Shown here: piece by piece, positions 46,860 through 56,041 of the stretch | Numbering within the stretch: position 1 is the stretch's first letter | Layout: each line of letters opens with the position of its first letter | Source: Acidobacteriota bacterium | GTDB lineage: Bacteria; Acidobacteriota; Aminicenantia; UBA2199 | Reading direction: 5' to 3' | DNA length: 64,000 bases | Assembly (NCBI GenBank): GCA_039714255.1 | Contig: JBDLJQ010000005.1 | Location: 11,914-75,913 of the forward strand | Notes under the pieces: model-generated | The model's input: the letters and a program-made list of their open reading frames with translations, nothing else | Database searches by the model: none | What the model was told of the DNA's origin: nothing | Translations under genes and position numbers: made by a program

Positions 46860-48110
46860 GTGAGTATTGTGAAAGATAAAAATATTAAAAGAGTGTTGAC
46901 AGGGCAGCAGTTGGGGCTTCTGGGAGGGCCTCTCTATACAACATATAAAGTTCTCGGGGCATTAAAACTCAGCAAAGAGATCTATGGCCGTGCTATCTAC
47001 TGGCTTGAAACCAATGATGCGGACTTTAACGAAATTAATCATATTGATTATCTGGATTCTTCGGGTAAATTAAGGACATTGAAATGGGATATAGATTCAA
47101 AAGGTTATTCATGTGGATCAATAGAGGTGGATGAAAAACTGACAGACATTCTGGAAGAATTCTTCTCCTCCATCACTCAAACTGAATATACCGGCGAAAT
47201 AAAAAAAATAGCAATGGAAAGTTATCTCCCCGGGAAAAGCCTGGGTGAAGCTTCTTCCGACCTGGCCCACCGTTTGTTCGAAGGATTTGATCTTGAAATA
47301 TTTGATCCATCTGATGAAGAGTTCAGACAATTCACAAGGCCGATACTTTTAAAAGAAGCAAACAGGACAAAAAATGGTTTTCAATGTAATCTGTTCTTCA
47401 TGGACGGGAAAAAAAGGATAGCAATCTTTAAAAAAGGTGAGGGGTATGTCTCCCGGGAAGGGAATAGGATCAACCTGAATGATTTTATACTTGTCCCTTC
47501 CCTGAGGACCCGTAGTATCTGCCAGGACTCTTTTTTTTCTACTTTTGCTTATGTTGCAGGCCCGGGTGAGGTTAAATATCTTACAGAGCTTATTCCTGAT
47601 TATAAATTTCACAATGTAACAGCATCCGGTATAGTTCCGAGAATGAGTGTGGATATCGTTGAACCTGTTTCAATAAGGATCCTGAAGAAACTCGGATTGG
47701 AAATAAGGGACCTGGACAGGTTCTCCGTGGATGAGATGAAAAATCTAAAACTCACTGAACTTACAGGTTTTGACAAAAAAAATATTCAAAAAAAGTCCGG
47801 TGAATATAAAAATGAATTTGTTGAAAATTTAAAAAACCTCGGACTTGAAACTTCCGGCTTCAACAGGGAAATTGCAGACAAACTGAAAGAACTGATAGGA
47901 AAAAAGAGAAGAGAGGCAAAGGAGAAAGGAGAGGTTATTCTGAGGCATGTTGAAACGATCTATAATTTATTAAGGCCCTTCGGAAAAAGGCAGGAAAGAG
48001 TGTTTAATATTTTTTATTATATGAATCTTTTTGGAGGCCGGGATCTTATAAAAAGGATGTATAAAAATTATGATAATTCTTTAGATTCTCTGGAGATAAA
48101 AAATGTTTGA
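46860..48110 (+). CDS. bshC: Bacillithiol biosynthesis cysteine-adding enzyme BshC, short form
   Basis: TGQQLGLLGGPLYTTYK, YWLETNDADFNEI, YVAGPGE..Y, PR and QERV motifs; in an operon with bshB1 and bshA. Confidence 0.85.
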   Translation: MSIVKDKNIKRVLTGQQLGLLGGPLYTTYKVLGALKLSKEIYGRAIYWLETNDADFNEINHIDYLDSSGKLRTLKWDIDSKGYSCGSIEVDEKLTDILEEFFSSITQTEYTGEIKKIAMESYLPGKSLGEASSDLAHRLFEGFDLEIFDPSDEEFRQFTRPILLKEANRTKNGFQCNLFFMDGKKRIAIFKKGEGYVSREGNRINLNDFILVPSLRTRSICQDSFFSTFAYVAGPGEVKYLTELIPDYKFHNVTASGIVPRMSVDIVEPVSIRILKKLGLEIRDLDRFSVDEMKNLKLTELTGFDKKNIQKKSGEYKNEFVENLKNLGLETSGFNREIADKLKELIGKKRREAKEKGEVILRHVETIYNLLRPFGKRQERVFNIFYYMNLFGGRDLIKRMYKNYDNSLDSLEIKNV

Positions 48111-48828
48111 TGTATTAGCTGTGGGAGCACATCCGGATGATGTGGAAATATTTATGGGGGGTACGATCCTCCACCTTAAAAATCTGTCCTATAAGGTTGC
48201 AGTCTGTGACCTTACAATGGGTGAAGCGGGGACTTACGGAAATGCGGAAATAAGGAAAAATGAATTAGATAAAGCAACTGAAATGTTGGGAATTGACAAA
48301 CGGGTTAATCTGAATCTTGAAGATGGTAATATTCGAAACGAAAGGGAAAGCAGGATGAAGGTTATTGAAATAATAAGGAAATTAAGGCCATCTGTTGTGT
48401 TCTCTTTTTCAAGTGATCTGATCCGCCATCCCGACCACAGATATTGCGGTGAGATAGTTAAAGAGAGTTGTTATCTGGCCGGACTTGAGAAAATAGAGAG
48501 TGAAAGTGCACCTCACAGACCTTATTCCTTTATAGAATTTCCTGAACTGATAATAAACAAAAAGCCATCCTTTATTGTTGACATTACACCATTTCGTGAG
48601 AAGAAAATTGAAATTATTCGAAGTTACGGTTCTCAGGTAACAAAAAAAGGTGAAGATGATAAAGGGACAAAAACTCTGATAAGATCGAATAGCTTCTGGG
48701 AAATTTTAAAATCACGTTCTCTACAGGCAGGAGCTATGGGTGGCGTAAGGTATGGTGAACCGTTTAATTCCACTCATGTTCCTAATGTTTCGGATCCGGT
48801 AAAGGCATTTTTCAGGAAAATAGTATGA
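48103..48828 (+). CDS. bshB1: N-acetylglucosaminyl-malate deacetylase
   Basis: AHPDDVE, DLTMGEAGT.G, RHPDH and YGEPF motifs; context. Confidence 0.9.
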   Translation: MFDVLAVGAHPDDVEIFMGGTILHLKNLSYKVAVCDLTMGEAGTYGNAEIRKNELDKATEMLGIDKRVNLNLEDGNIRNERESRMKVIEIIRKLRPSVVFSFSSDLIRHPDHRYCGEIVKESCYLAGLEKIESESAPHRPYSFIEFPELIINKKPSFIVDITPFREKKIEIIRSYGSQVTKKGEDDKGTKTLIRSNSFWEILKSRSLQAGAMGGVRYGEPFNSTHVPNVSDPVKAFFRKIV

Positions 48829-49940
48829 ATATAGCAATTTTGAGTTATCACAGGATCGGTGGTTCAGGGATCGTTGCCTACGAGATAGGCAGAGCAATGG
48901 CGGAAGAAAGAGGACATAAAGTACATTTTATAGGGCTTGAGCCCCCATTCAGGTTAAAAGACAAACTTTCAGAGTCTGTGAGATTCCATAAAGTATGGGT
49001 AAAAGAATATCCGGTTTTTGATTTTCAGCCCTATGCTCTTTCACTGGCTTCTCAGTTGTCAGAGATAATTGAGAGGAACAGGATTGATGTTATTCACAGC
49101 CATTATGCATTGCCCCACGCTATATCTGCAATTCTTGCAAGAGATATATCAAAAAAGCAGGTAAAATGTGTCACAACGCTCCATGGTACTGATATCACTG
49201 TAGTGGGAGCCCATCCCACAATGAAAAATATCACAAGATATGCAATAGAGAAAAGTGATGTTGTTACGGCAGTTTCGGAAAGCCTGAAAAGAGATTCGGA
49301 AGAAAAGCTCTGTATCGAAAGCGGAAAAATTAAGTGTGTCTATAATTTTGTCAATACAGAATTTTTTAATCCTTCACTTAAAACAAATATATCAGAAGAG
49401 AGGGGAAAGAGGATCATTATGCATGTTTCGAATCTAAGGCCTGTTAAATCCCCTCTTGATGTAATAAGGATATTTCAAGGTATCGAGAAAGAGTTCACAG
49501 ACGAACTTGAACTTCAGATCGTGGGTGAAGGCCCGCTTCAATATGAAATGATCTCTCTTGCAGAAGAGTTAAATATCAGGGATAAAGTGAGATTTATGGG
49601 TATCTGTTCAAGCCTTGGATCACTTATTGCCTCTGCCGACATGATGATCCTGCCCAGTAAAGAAGAATCTTTCGGGCTTGCAGCTCTGGAAGCCATGGCT
49701 TGCGGAGTTCCGGTGGTTGCTTCCGCAGTGGGTGGTGTTCCGGAAGTAATAGAAGATGGTGAAAGTGGCTTCCTTTTTGACCATGGAGATATTAACAAAG
49801 CTATCGGGAATGGTATAAAACTTTTAAGAAATCCCGTACTTTATAAAAAAGTTGTTGATAACGGAATGTTTGTTGCAAAGAATAAATTTTCAATGGAAAA
49901 GATAGTTTCAAAGTATGAAGATCTTTACCAGGGGTTATAG
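48825..49940 (+). CDS. bshA: N-acetyl-alpha-D-glucosaminyl L-malate synthase (GT4)
   Basis: [37 protein letters not shown] and [11 protein letters not shown] motifs. Confidence 0.93.
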   Translation: MNIAILSYHRIGGSGIVAYEIGRAMAEERGHKVHFIGLEPPFRLKDKLSESVRFHKVWVKEYPVFDFQPYALSLASQLSEIIERNRIDVIHSHYALPHAISAILARDISKKQVKCVTTLHGTDITVVGAHPTMKNITRYAIEKSDVVTAVSESLKRDSEEKLCIESGKIKCVYNFVNTEFFNPSLKTNISEERGKRIIMHVSNLRPVKSPLDVIRIFQGIEKEFTDELELQIVGEGPLQYEMISLAEELNIRDKVRFMGICSSLGSLIASADMMILPSKEESFGLAALEAMACGVPVVASAVGGVPEVIEDGESGFLFDHGDINKAIGNGIKLLRNPVLYKKVVDNGMFVAKNKFSMEKIVSKYEDLYQGL

Positions 49941-49953
49941 AGGAGTTTCTTCA

Positions 49954-51717
49954 GTGGAAAGTAAGGGTAAAGGGCCTTTAAAGACCCTTTCTTCTCTTCT
50001 CCCATATATATTGGAATATAAATGGCCGCTGCTGGCCGGCTTTATATTTATTTTTATTCAAAATTTTTGTCTTGTAAAGATCCCTTTATATATGAAAAAT
50101 ATCCTGGATGAAATTATTCAGAAGAACAGGTTGCAAATTATTACAGGATTTATGATCCGTGTTTTTGTTTTTACAATAATTGTTGCGGCCTCACTTTACC
50201 TGATGAGAAGGATTATTATCAGTGTTTCAAGAAAGATAGAATATAAGATGAGAAAGGATATTTATAACAAACTCCTCTCCTTTGATTATCCGTTTTTTCT
50301 TAAAAATGAGACGGGTGACCTTTCATCCCGTGCTACAAATGATCTGAATGATGTCAGGATACTTCTGGGCCCGGCAGTAATGTATATCCCTAATTCAATA
50401 AGCCGTATCCTGATTTTTTTCCCTGTGCTTATCGGTTTAAGTGGAAAACTGATGCTTATGATTATACCGCTCCTCATTTTTCTTGTTTTTATTACATTCT
50501 ATCTGTTTCCGAAACTGAGGCCCAAATATAGAAGGGTGCAGGAGACCACAGCTCTGATTAACAGCAGGGTATGGCAGACAGTTACCGGCATTACTACGAT
50601 AAAACAAAATACGCTGGAGCGGACTGAAACAGAAAGGTTCTTTAAACTAAATAGAAATTATATAAAAGTACAGATGGAGATGATAAAGTTGAGAAGCCTT
50701 CTGAGGCCGCTTTTTTTATTTATTTTTTCCATATTAGAACTTATTATCCTGCTCGTTGGAGGAAAAATGGTTATGGCGAATTCCTTCAGCCTGGGGCAAC
50801 TGCTTCAATTCAACATAATGATATCGGCACTGATATTTCCCATACTGTCACTTGGGTGGATAATGTCTATGGTACAGCTGGGTATAAGTGCAATGGAGAG
50901 GATCAACTATATTCTTGATCAACCGGTGGGGGATAAAAAAAATATTAGATCTGATCAGGAAAAATTTGAAGGGATTAGTTTTTCCAACCTTGTATTCAGA
51001 TATCCCGGTGAAAATCATGATGTTCTGAAAGGAGTGAATTTTAATGTTGTACCCGGTGAACTGGTGGGGATCACAGGTGGTATTGGAAGTGGAAAAACAA
51101 CATTACTGGAAATTTTATCAGGATTACTTGATCCTCCTCCGGGTATGGTCTTTCTGAATGGCAGAGATATAACTGAAATTAATAAAGACTCAATTTATTC
51201 AAAATTTTCTGTGGTTTCACAGGACCCTTTCCTGTTCTCCGGGACTATTCGCCATAACATTGGAATAGGGATGGATAAAGAAAAACCTGATGAGATTCAT
51301 AACGCTGCGGAGATAGCTTCTCTCGATAATGAAATTAATTCATTTTCAGAAAAATATGATCAGATTGTAGGTGAAAGGGGAATAACCCTTTCCGGGGGCC
51401 AGAAACAGAGGATGGCAATAGCTCGTTCGATATGCAGCCCGGCACCTGTCCTGTTATTTGATGACCCGCTATCCAGTGTTGATTCAAAAACTGAAACCAG
51501 GATCCTTAAGAATCTCCAAAAATTAAGAAAAAGGCCTGATGGCAATTTTAAAACAACATTTATAGTATCTCACAGGATCTCTGCATTAAAGGCTTGTGAT
51601 GTAATATATGTTCTAAAGGATGGTAATATTGAAGAATCCGGTAATCACAGGGAACTTCTTGATAAAAGGGGAAGTTATTACAAACTTTCGAAGATGCAAC
51701 AGATGGATATAAAATAA
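49954..51717 (+). CDS. Heterodimeric ABC exporter subunit A (TMD+NBD)
   Basis: GGIGSGKT, LSGGQKQR, non-canonical Walker B FDDP; start likely the GTG at 49954 after AGGAG. Confidence 0.9.
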   Translation: MESKGKGPLKTLSSLLPYILEYKWPLLAGFIFIFIQNFCLVKIPLYMKNILDEIIQKNRLQIITGFMIRVFVFTIIVAASLYLMRRIIISVSRKIEYKMRKDIYNKLLSFDYPFFLKNETGDLSSRATNDLNDVRILLGPAVMYIPNSISRILIFFPVLIGLSGKLMLMIIPLLIFLVFITFYLFPKLRPKYRRVQETTALINSRVWQTVTGITTIKQNTLERTETERFFKLNRNYIKVQMEMIKLRSLLRPLFLFIFSILELIILLVGGKMVMANSFSLGQLLQFNIMISALIFPILSLGWIMSMVQLGISAMERINYILDQPVGDKKNIRSDQEKFEGISFSNLVFRYPGENHDVLKGVNFNVVPGELVGITGGIGSGKTTLLEILSGLLDPPPGMVFLNGRDITEINKDSIYSKFSVVSQDPFLFSGTIRHNIGIGMDKEKPDEIHNAAEIASLDNEINSFSEKYDQIVGERGITLSGGQKQRMAIARSICSPAPVLLFDDPLSSVDSKTETRILKNLQKLRKRPDGNFKTTFIVSHRISALKACDVIYVLKDGNIEESGNHRELLDKRGSYYKLSKMQQMDIK

Positions 51718-53489
51718 TGGAAAGGGAAAAAGAAGATAAAAATTCTTCCATAGGTTTTGATCTCCGGCTTTTTAAAAGGCTGTTCAAGTATATATACAAA
51801 TATAAATTTCTGGTCCTTTTATCAGTTTTTTTTCTCCTTTTATTGAATATATCCAGTGTCCTGCAGCCCTATCTTGTAAAAGTCGGGATCGACAAAAATA
51901 TTATGCACAACGATATCAGGGGTCTGCACCAGACTGTGATTTTGCTGTTTTTCATAATAATATCTGCATTTTTACTTAATTTCTTTTTTAACTATCTGGT
52001 TCAGTATATTGGACAGAGGATCCTTCTGGATCTGCGAATGGACCTTTTCAAACATGTCATGAAACTACCGAACCTTTATTTTGACAAAACTCCGGTGGGG
52101 AAAACTTTGACAAATGTAACAAATGATGTGGAGGCAATTCGTGCATTTATATCTGAGGGAGTTGTCACAGTTGCGGGGGAATTATTAAAGGTTTTGTTCA
52201 TATTGACTGCAATGTTCCTTATAAACTTCAGATTAGCGATAATAACACTGGTTTCAATACCTGTTTTTGTTATAGGAACCCTTGCTTTTCGAAATAGTAT
52301 AAGAAAAGGGTTTGCAGGTATCAGAAAAGCCAATTCTGAAATAAATACTACATTGGTAGAAACCATTACCGGTATAAAAGAGATCATCCTTTTTGATCAC
52401 AAAGATAAGAGTAGAGAACAATTTGAAATTTCCAACCGGAGTTATCTGAAGGCATACCTGAAAGTTGTCAATGCATACTCTCTTTATTTTCCTATCATTG
52501 AGATAGTATCAAATATAAGTATGATAGTGGTTTTCTTTTATGCTCATCTTATTATTGGTATGTCTCTCAGGGTAGGAGAGATATTTGCTTTTTTTTCTTA
52601 TATAAATATGTTTTTCAGGCCCTTGAGAGAACTTGCAGAAAAATTCAACATGTTCCAGTCGGCAATGGCAGCATCTGAGAGGGCATTTAAACTGCTTGAC
52701 AGGGAAATAACTATAAAGAACTTACCGGTAACAAACAAAAATCAAAAAAGTATTTCAGGTGACATTGAGTTTAAAGATGTAAATTTTGAATATACGGAAA
52801 ATAACCGGGTTCTCAACTCTCTTTCATTTAAAATAAAAAAAGGTGAGAGTGTTGCTCTGGTGGGAAACACAGGAAGTGGAAAAACGACAATCATTAATCT
52901 GATTAACAGGATCTATGATATTGAAAAAGGAGAAATACTAATTGATGGGGTTAATATTAATAAGTATGATCTTGAATTTTTGAGGAAAAGTACAGGTATA
53001 GTTCCTCAGGACCCGTTTTTCTTTAATGGAACCATATATGAGAATCTTTCCCTGTTTAAAGAAATGGTTACAGAAAAGATGGTTGAAAATGCTGCAATCA
53101 GTACCCATTCTGATATCTTTATAGATAAATTTGAGCACGGTTTCGATGAAAATATCCTGGAAGAGGGGAAAAAGTTGTCAGCCGGACAAAAACAGCTTTT
53201 GAGCTTTACCCGAGTTCTGTTAAAAGATCCTCCAATTATAATACTTGATGAAGCAACTTCAAATATAGATTCGGAAACAGAAAAATATATTGAGAAAGCG
53301 ACAAAAAAAGTGCTGGAAAACAAAACGTCCATAATCATAGCCCACAGGCTGTCAACTATAAAAATGGTGGATAGAGTATTTGTATTGAAGGATGGAATGG
53401 TGGTTGAGGAAGGAGATCATGATGAACTGATAAATAGAAGGGGATTTTATTATGATCTGTACAGTTCTCAGGCATTTTTATTAAAATAA
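51717..53489 (+). CDS. Heterodimeric ABC exporter subunit B (TMD+NBD)
   Basis: GNTGSGKT, LSAGQKQ, LDEATS and AHRLST motifs; TAATG coupling. Confidence 0.9.
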   Translation: MEREKEDKNSSIGFDLRLFKRLFKYIYKYKFLVLLSVFFLLLLNISSVLQPYLVKVGIDKNIMHNDIRGLHQTVILLFFIIISAFLLNFFFNYLVQYIGQRILLDLRMDLFKHVMKLPNLYFDKTPVGKTLTNVTNDVEAIRAFISEGVVTVAGELLKVLFILTAMFLINFRLAIITLVSIPVFVIGTLAFRNSIRKGFAGIRKANSEINTTLVETITGIKEIILFDHKDKSREQFEISNRSYLKAYLKVVNAYSLYFPIIEIVSNISMIVVFFYAHLIIGMSLRVGEIFAFFSYINMFFRPLRELAEKFNMFQSAMAASERAFKLLDREITIKNLPVTNKNQKSISGDIEFKDVNFEYTENNRVLNSLSFKIKKGESVALVGNTGSGKTTIINLINRIYDIEKGEILIDGVNINKYDLEFLRKSTGIVPQDPFFFNGTIYENLSLFKEMVTEKMVENAAISTHSDIFIDKFEHGFDENILEEGKKLSAGQKQLLSFTRVLLKDPPIIILDEATSNIDSETEKYIEKATKKVLENKTSIIIAHRLSTIKMVDRVFVLKDGMVVEEGDHDELINRRGFYYDLYSSQAFLLK

Positions 53490-53578
53490 ATTATTTTTAA
53501 AATATTTTGTTTAAAAAAAAAAATTTAAATGTTATAATTTTCTAATTAATTTAATTGAATAATATTTCAGGAGGATCT

Positions 53579-55060
53579 ATGAAATTTAAATTAAAGTCAT
53601 TTATGGTTATTTTCGTGCTGATATTTTTCACTTTAAGTTTATCTGCCGGAAATACTACAAAGATCAAAAGGGTTGGTGATGCACCTCTTTTAAGCATTAA
53701 AAGAGGAAAAAGTATCGATTCTGTTGATCAGTTGAAAGAGCTTGTTAAAAAGTACAGCAGCCGGATTGAAGAAGGTTTGCAAAAAGCTGAAGCAGGCTTT
53801 TTATTTCAACCATTAATGGACAGTATCGAAAATGGAAAAGTAAATGAAAAAGCGATTCCGGTTGGAACTCACCTGGAATGGATGCTCTTTTATTCAGGAA
53901 GGAAAGTAAAACAGAAAGCTGATGTTGAATGGGCCGGGAAGGCTCCTCTGGATGTTTTTTGTATTCCTGTCCAAAAGGATTGCAAGGATTATCATGTTGT
54001 AATTCCCAAAGCATGCGGAAATATAACGCTTGCTGATGTAGCAGACAGTAAACCACAATGTGACCTTAAGGTATCTCCGGCACTTGTAAATCCCGGCGAA
54101 ACCGTAACTGTAGATGTAAGCGGGTCAAAGTGTGTTACCGAAACAGAAGTTTCCGTTTATTATGAAGGTAATAAAGTTGAAACACATGTTATTTCAGCTT
54201 CTGATGCTGCCTGGAAAACAAGTTTTAAAGATCCAGGTAACTATGAAATGAAAGTTAAGGTTAAAGGGGTAAATGGAATTTATGTTGCCGCAGAATGTTC
54301 TGCAAAGGTTTATGTAAATAATCCTCCTTCATGTGATCTTAAGGTATCTCCGGAAAAAGTAATGGTTGGAAAAGTTGTTTCTCTGGATGCTTCAGGGTCA
54401 TCTGATAAAGATGGTAAAGTAGAAAAAGCTGAATTTACTATTCTTAGGAAAAAAGATAACAGTGAAGTTGATAAAAACACTATCACGGCAGAACCATTTG
54501 TATGGAAAAAGAAGTTTAAAAAAGCCGGGGAATATAAAGTATTCCTGAAGGTAGCTGATAATCACGGCGCATATTCAGCAAATAATTGCGAATTTGACCT
54601 CAGAGTGGAAAAAAGATTATTTTTCCTCGTAGAAGGCGGACTTGGAGTTGCTAAAGGTACATATACAACACTGGCATTCCTCCGCGGTGGTATTCAGTAT
54701 TACCTTATCCCCAGCAAACTCAGTGCAGTAGCTGTACTGGGAGGAGCTTTCGTATTTAATGATGATCCTTTTAATCATCATTTCCTCTCAAGTTTTGTGC
54801 TTAACGGACATTTTGGTAAATTCTTCCTCGGTGCAGGATTCGGATTCAGTTCTTCTGTAAGAGACCTGTATCTTCATGAAGGAGATTGGCTCCCGGAATG
54901 GAAATCTGATTTTGACCTGGTTCTGCAGGCTGGCGTTGATGTATTGGAAACACCTACAGGCAAAGGTTCAATATTTGTTGAGCTTAGAGCTCCGATGGGT
55001 TCAGAGTTTACATTTGAACACTATCACGAAATCCTTCTCGGATTCCGTCTTGCTTTTTAA
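53579..55060 (+). CDS. Secreted protein with two PKD/Ig-like repeats and a C-terminal outer-membrane beta-barrel
   Basis: Signal peptide; repeated CDLKVSP...V.(V/L)D.SGS units; alternating beta-strands ending LLGFRLAF. Confidence 0.75.
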   Translation: MKFKLKSFMVIFVLIFFTLSLSAGNTTKIKRVGDAPLLSIKRGKSIDSVDQLKELVKKYSSRIEEGLQKAEAGFLFQPLMDSIENGKVNEKAIPVGTHLEWMLFYSGRKVKQKADVEWAGKAPLDVFCIPVQKDCKDYHVVIPKACGNITLADVADSKPQCDLKVSPALVNPGETVTVDVSGSKCVTETEVSVYYEGNKVETHVISASDAAWKTSFKDPGNYEMKVKVKGVNGIYVAAECSAKVYVNNPPSCDLKVSPEKVMVGKVVSLDASGSSDKDGKVEKAEFTILRKKDNSEVDKNTITAEPFVWKKKFKKAGEYKVFLKVADNHGAYSANNCEFDLRVEKRLFFLVEGGLGVAKGTYTTLAFLRGGIQYYLIPSKLSAVAVLGGAFVFNDDPFNHHFLSSFVLNGHFGKFFLGAGFGFSSSVRDLYLHEGDWLPEWKSDFDLVLQAGVDVLETPTGKGSIFVELRAPMGSEFTFEHYHEILLGFRLAF

Positions 55061-55088
55061 GTAAATAAGTTATTAAGATAACCAATAT

Positions 55089-55115
55089 AGGGGCAGGGTT
55101 TCCCTGCCCCTTTTT
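55089..55115 (+). terminator. Rho-independent terminator
   Basis: AGGGGCAGGG-TTT-CCCTGCCCCT followed by a T-tract. Confidence 0.85.
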
Positions 55116-55288
55116 ATTGCAATAAATCCAATTTTTCCAAAATTTTTTTAAATCCGAAAATTATTCAGGTGATTTGAATAAAAATTTCCTGTTATCTGAT
55201 CAGAAAAATTCAAAAATCTATATTATCCTACATTGTAGTACTTGTGAAATATTAACGATTTGATATAATAATTTTTTAAAAAGGAGAT

Positions 55289-56041
55289 ATGATGAAAGTA
55301 CTTTTTTCCGGTAAGGTTAATTTGTTACATCAGGAACAGCATAATATTGTTCAGAGTATTGAAAACCTCTATAAAAAGATGGGTGTTGATTTTATTGTTG
55401 TTGATGAAGAAGTTAAGTGTGGGGAAGCTTCAATGAATCTGGGTTTAGTTGAAGACGCTGAAAAGGTTGTAAAAAAGTTTAAAGAACAGGTTGATAGAGT
55501 TAAACCTGATATTATTGTATCGCCCTATGCGGCAGGGGTAGCTAAGTACCGTAAAGAGGTACCTGAAAGATATGGTATAAATTTAGGTGTACCTTATGTC
55601 CATCTGTCACAATTCCTGTTTGAACATATTTCAAAAAATAGAAACAAACTGAAAAGTTTCCCACATAAATATTTTATTCACCATGGATGTACTTTGGGAA
55701 GAAAGATAAGTGAATTCCATTATGTAAGAGAGCTTTTAGAACTCGTGCCTGATATGGAACTATTGGAAGAAGGCCACCCCTCAGCTGAAATTGAAGGCAG
55801 AGATGTTGCAGAGTATAATACATGTCCGGGTTCATGGCTCAATATGACTCAGCCTGAACTCTCCGAATATATTAAGGAAAATTATGTATTAGAGGTCCTT
55901 ATTCCTACCGCTCCCGAATATGCAGGATCAAGCTGTGCGAACGGCCATTATGGAATATCCCAGGGGTTGGAAATAGCTGAAGTTGAAAATATTAAACCTC
56001 TCTATTTTTCCGAATTGTTTAATAATATATGGAGGTCATAA
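55289..56041 (+). CDS. CCG-domain (LutA/GlcF-like) protein with degenerate Cys motifs
   Basis: VHLSQFL..HHGCTLGR..VRELL; KCG, TCPG and SSCANG remnants; coupled to lutB. Confidence 0.65.
   Translation: MMKVLFSGKVNLLHQEQHNIVQSIENLYKKMGVDFIVVDEEVKCGEASMNLGLVEDAEKVVKKFKEQVDRVKPDIIVSPYAAGVAKYRKEVPERYGINLGVPYVHLSQFLFEHISKNRNKLKSFPHKYFIHHGCTLGRKISEFHYVRELLELVPDMELLEEGHPSAEIEGRDVAEYNTCPGSWLNMTQPELSEYIKENYVLEVLIPTAPEYAGSSCANGHYGISQGLEIAEVENIKPLYFSELFNNIWRS

Noticed and set aside
49954-53489. Degenerate Walker B and signature motifs in the ABC pair
   Set aside because: This is the normal asymmetry of heterodimeric exporters, not pseudogenisation.
55242-55258. TTGTGAAATATTAACGA as a Rex or CRP operator upstream of the lut genes
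   Set aside because: The half-site spacing is one base short of the Rex consensus and the right arm is weak; it cannot be supported without comparative data.
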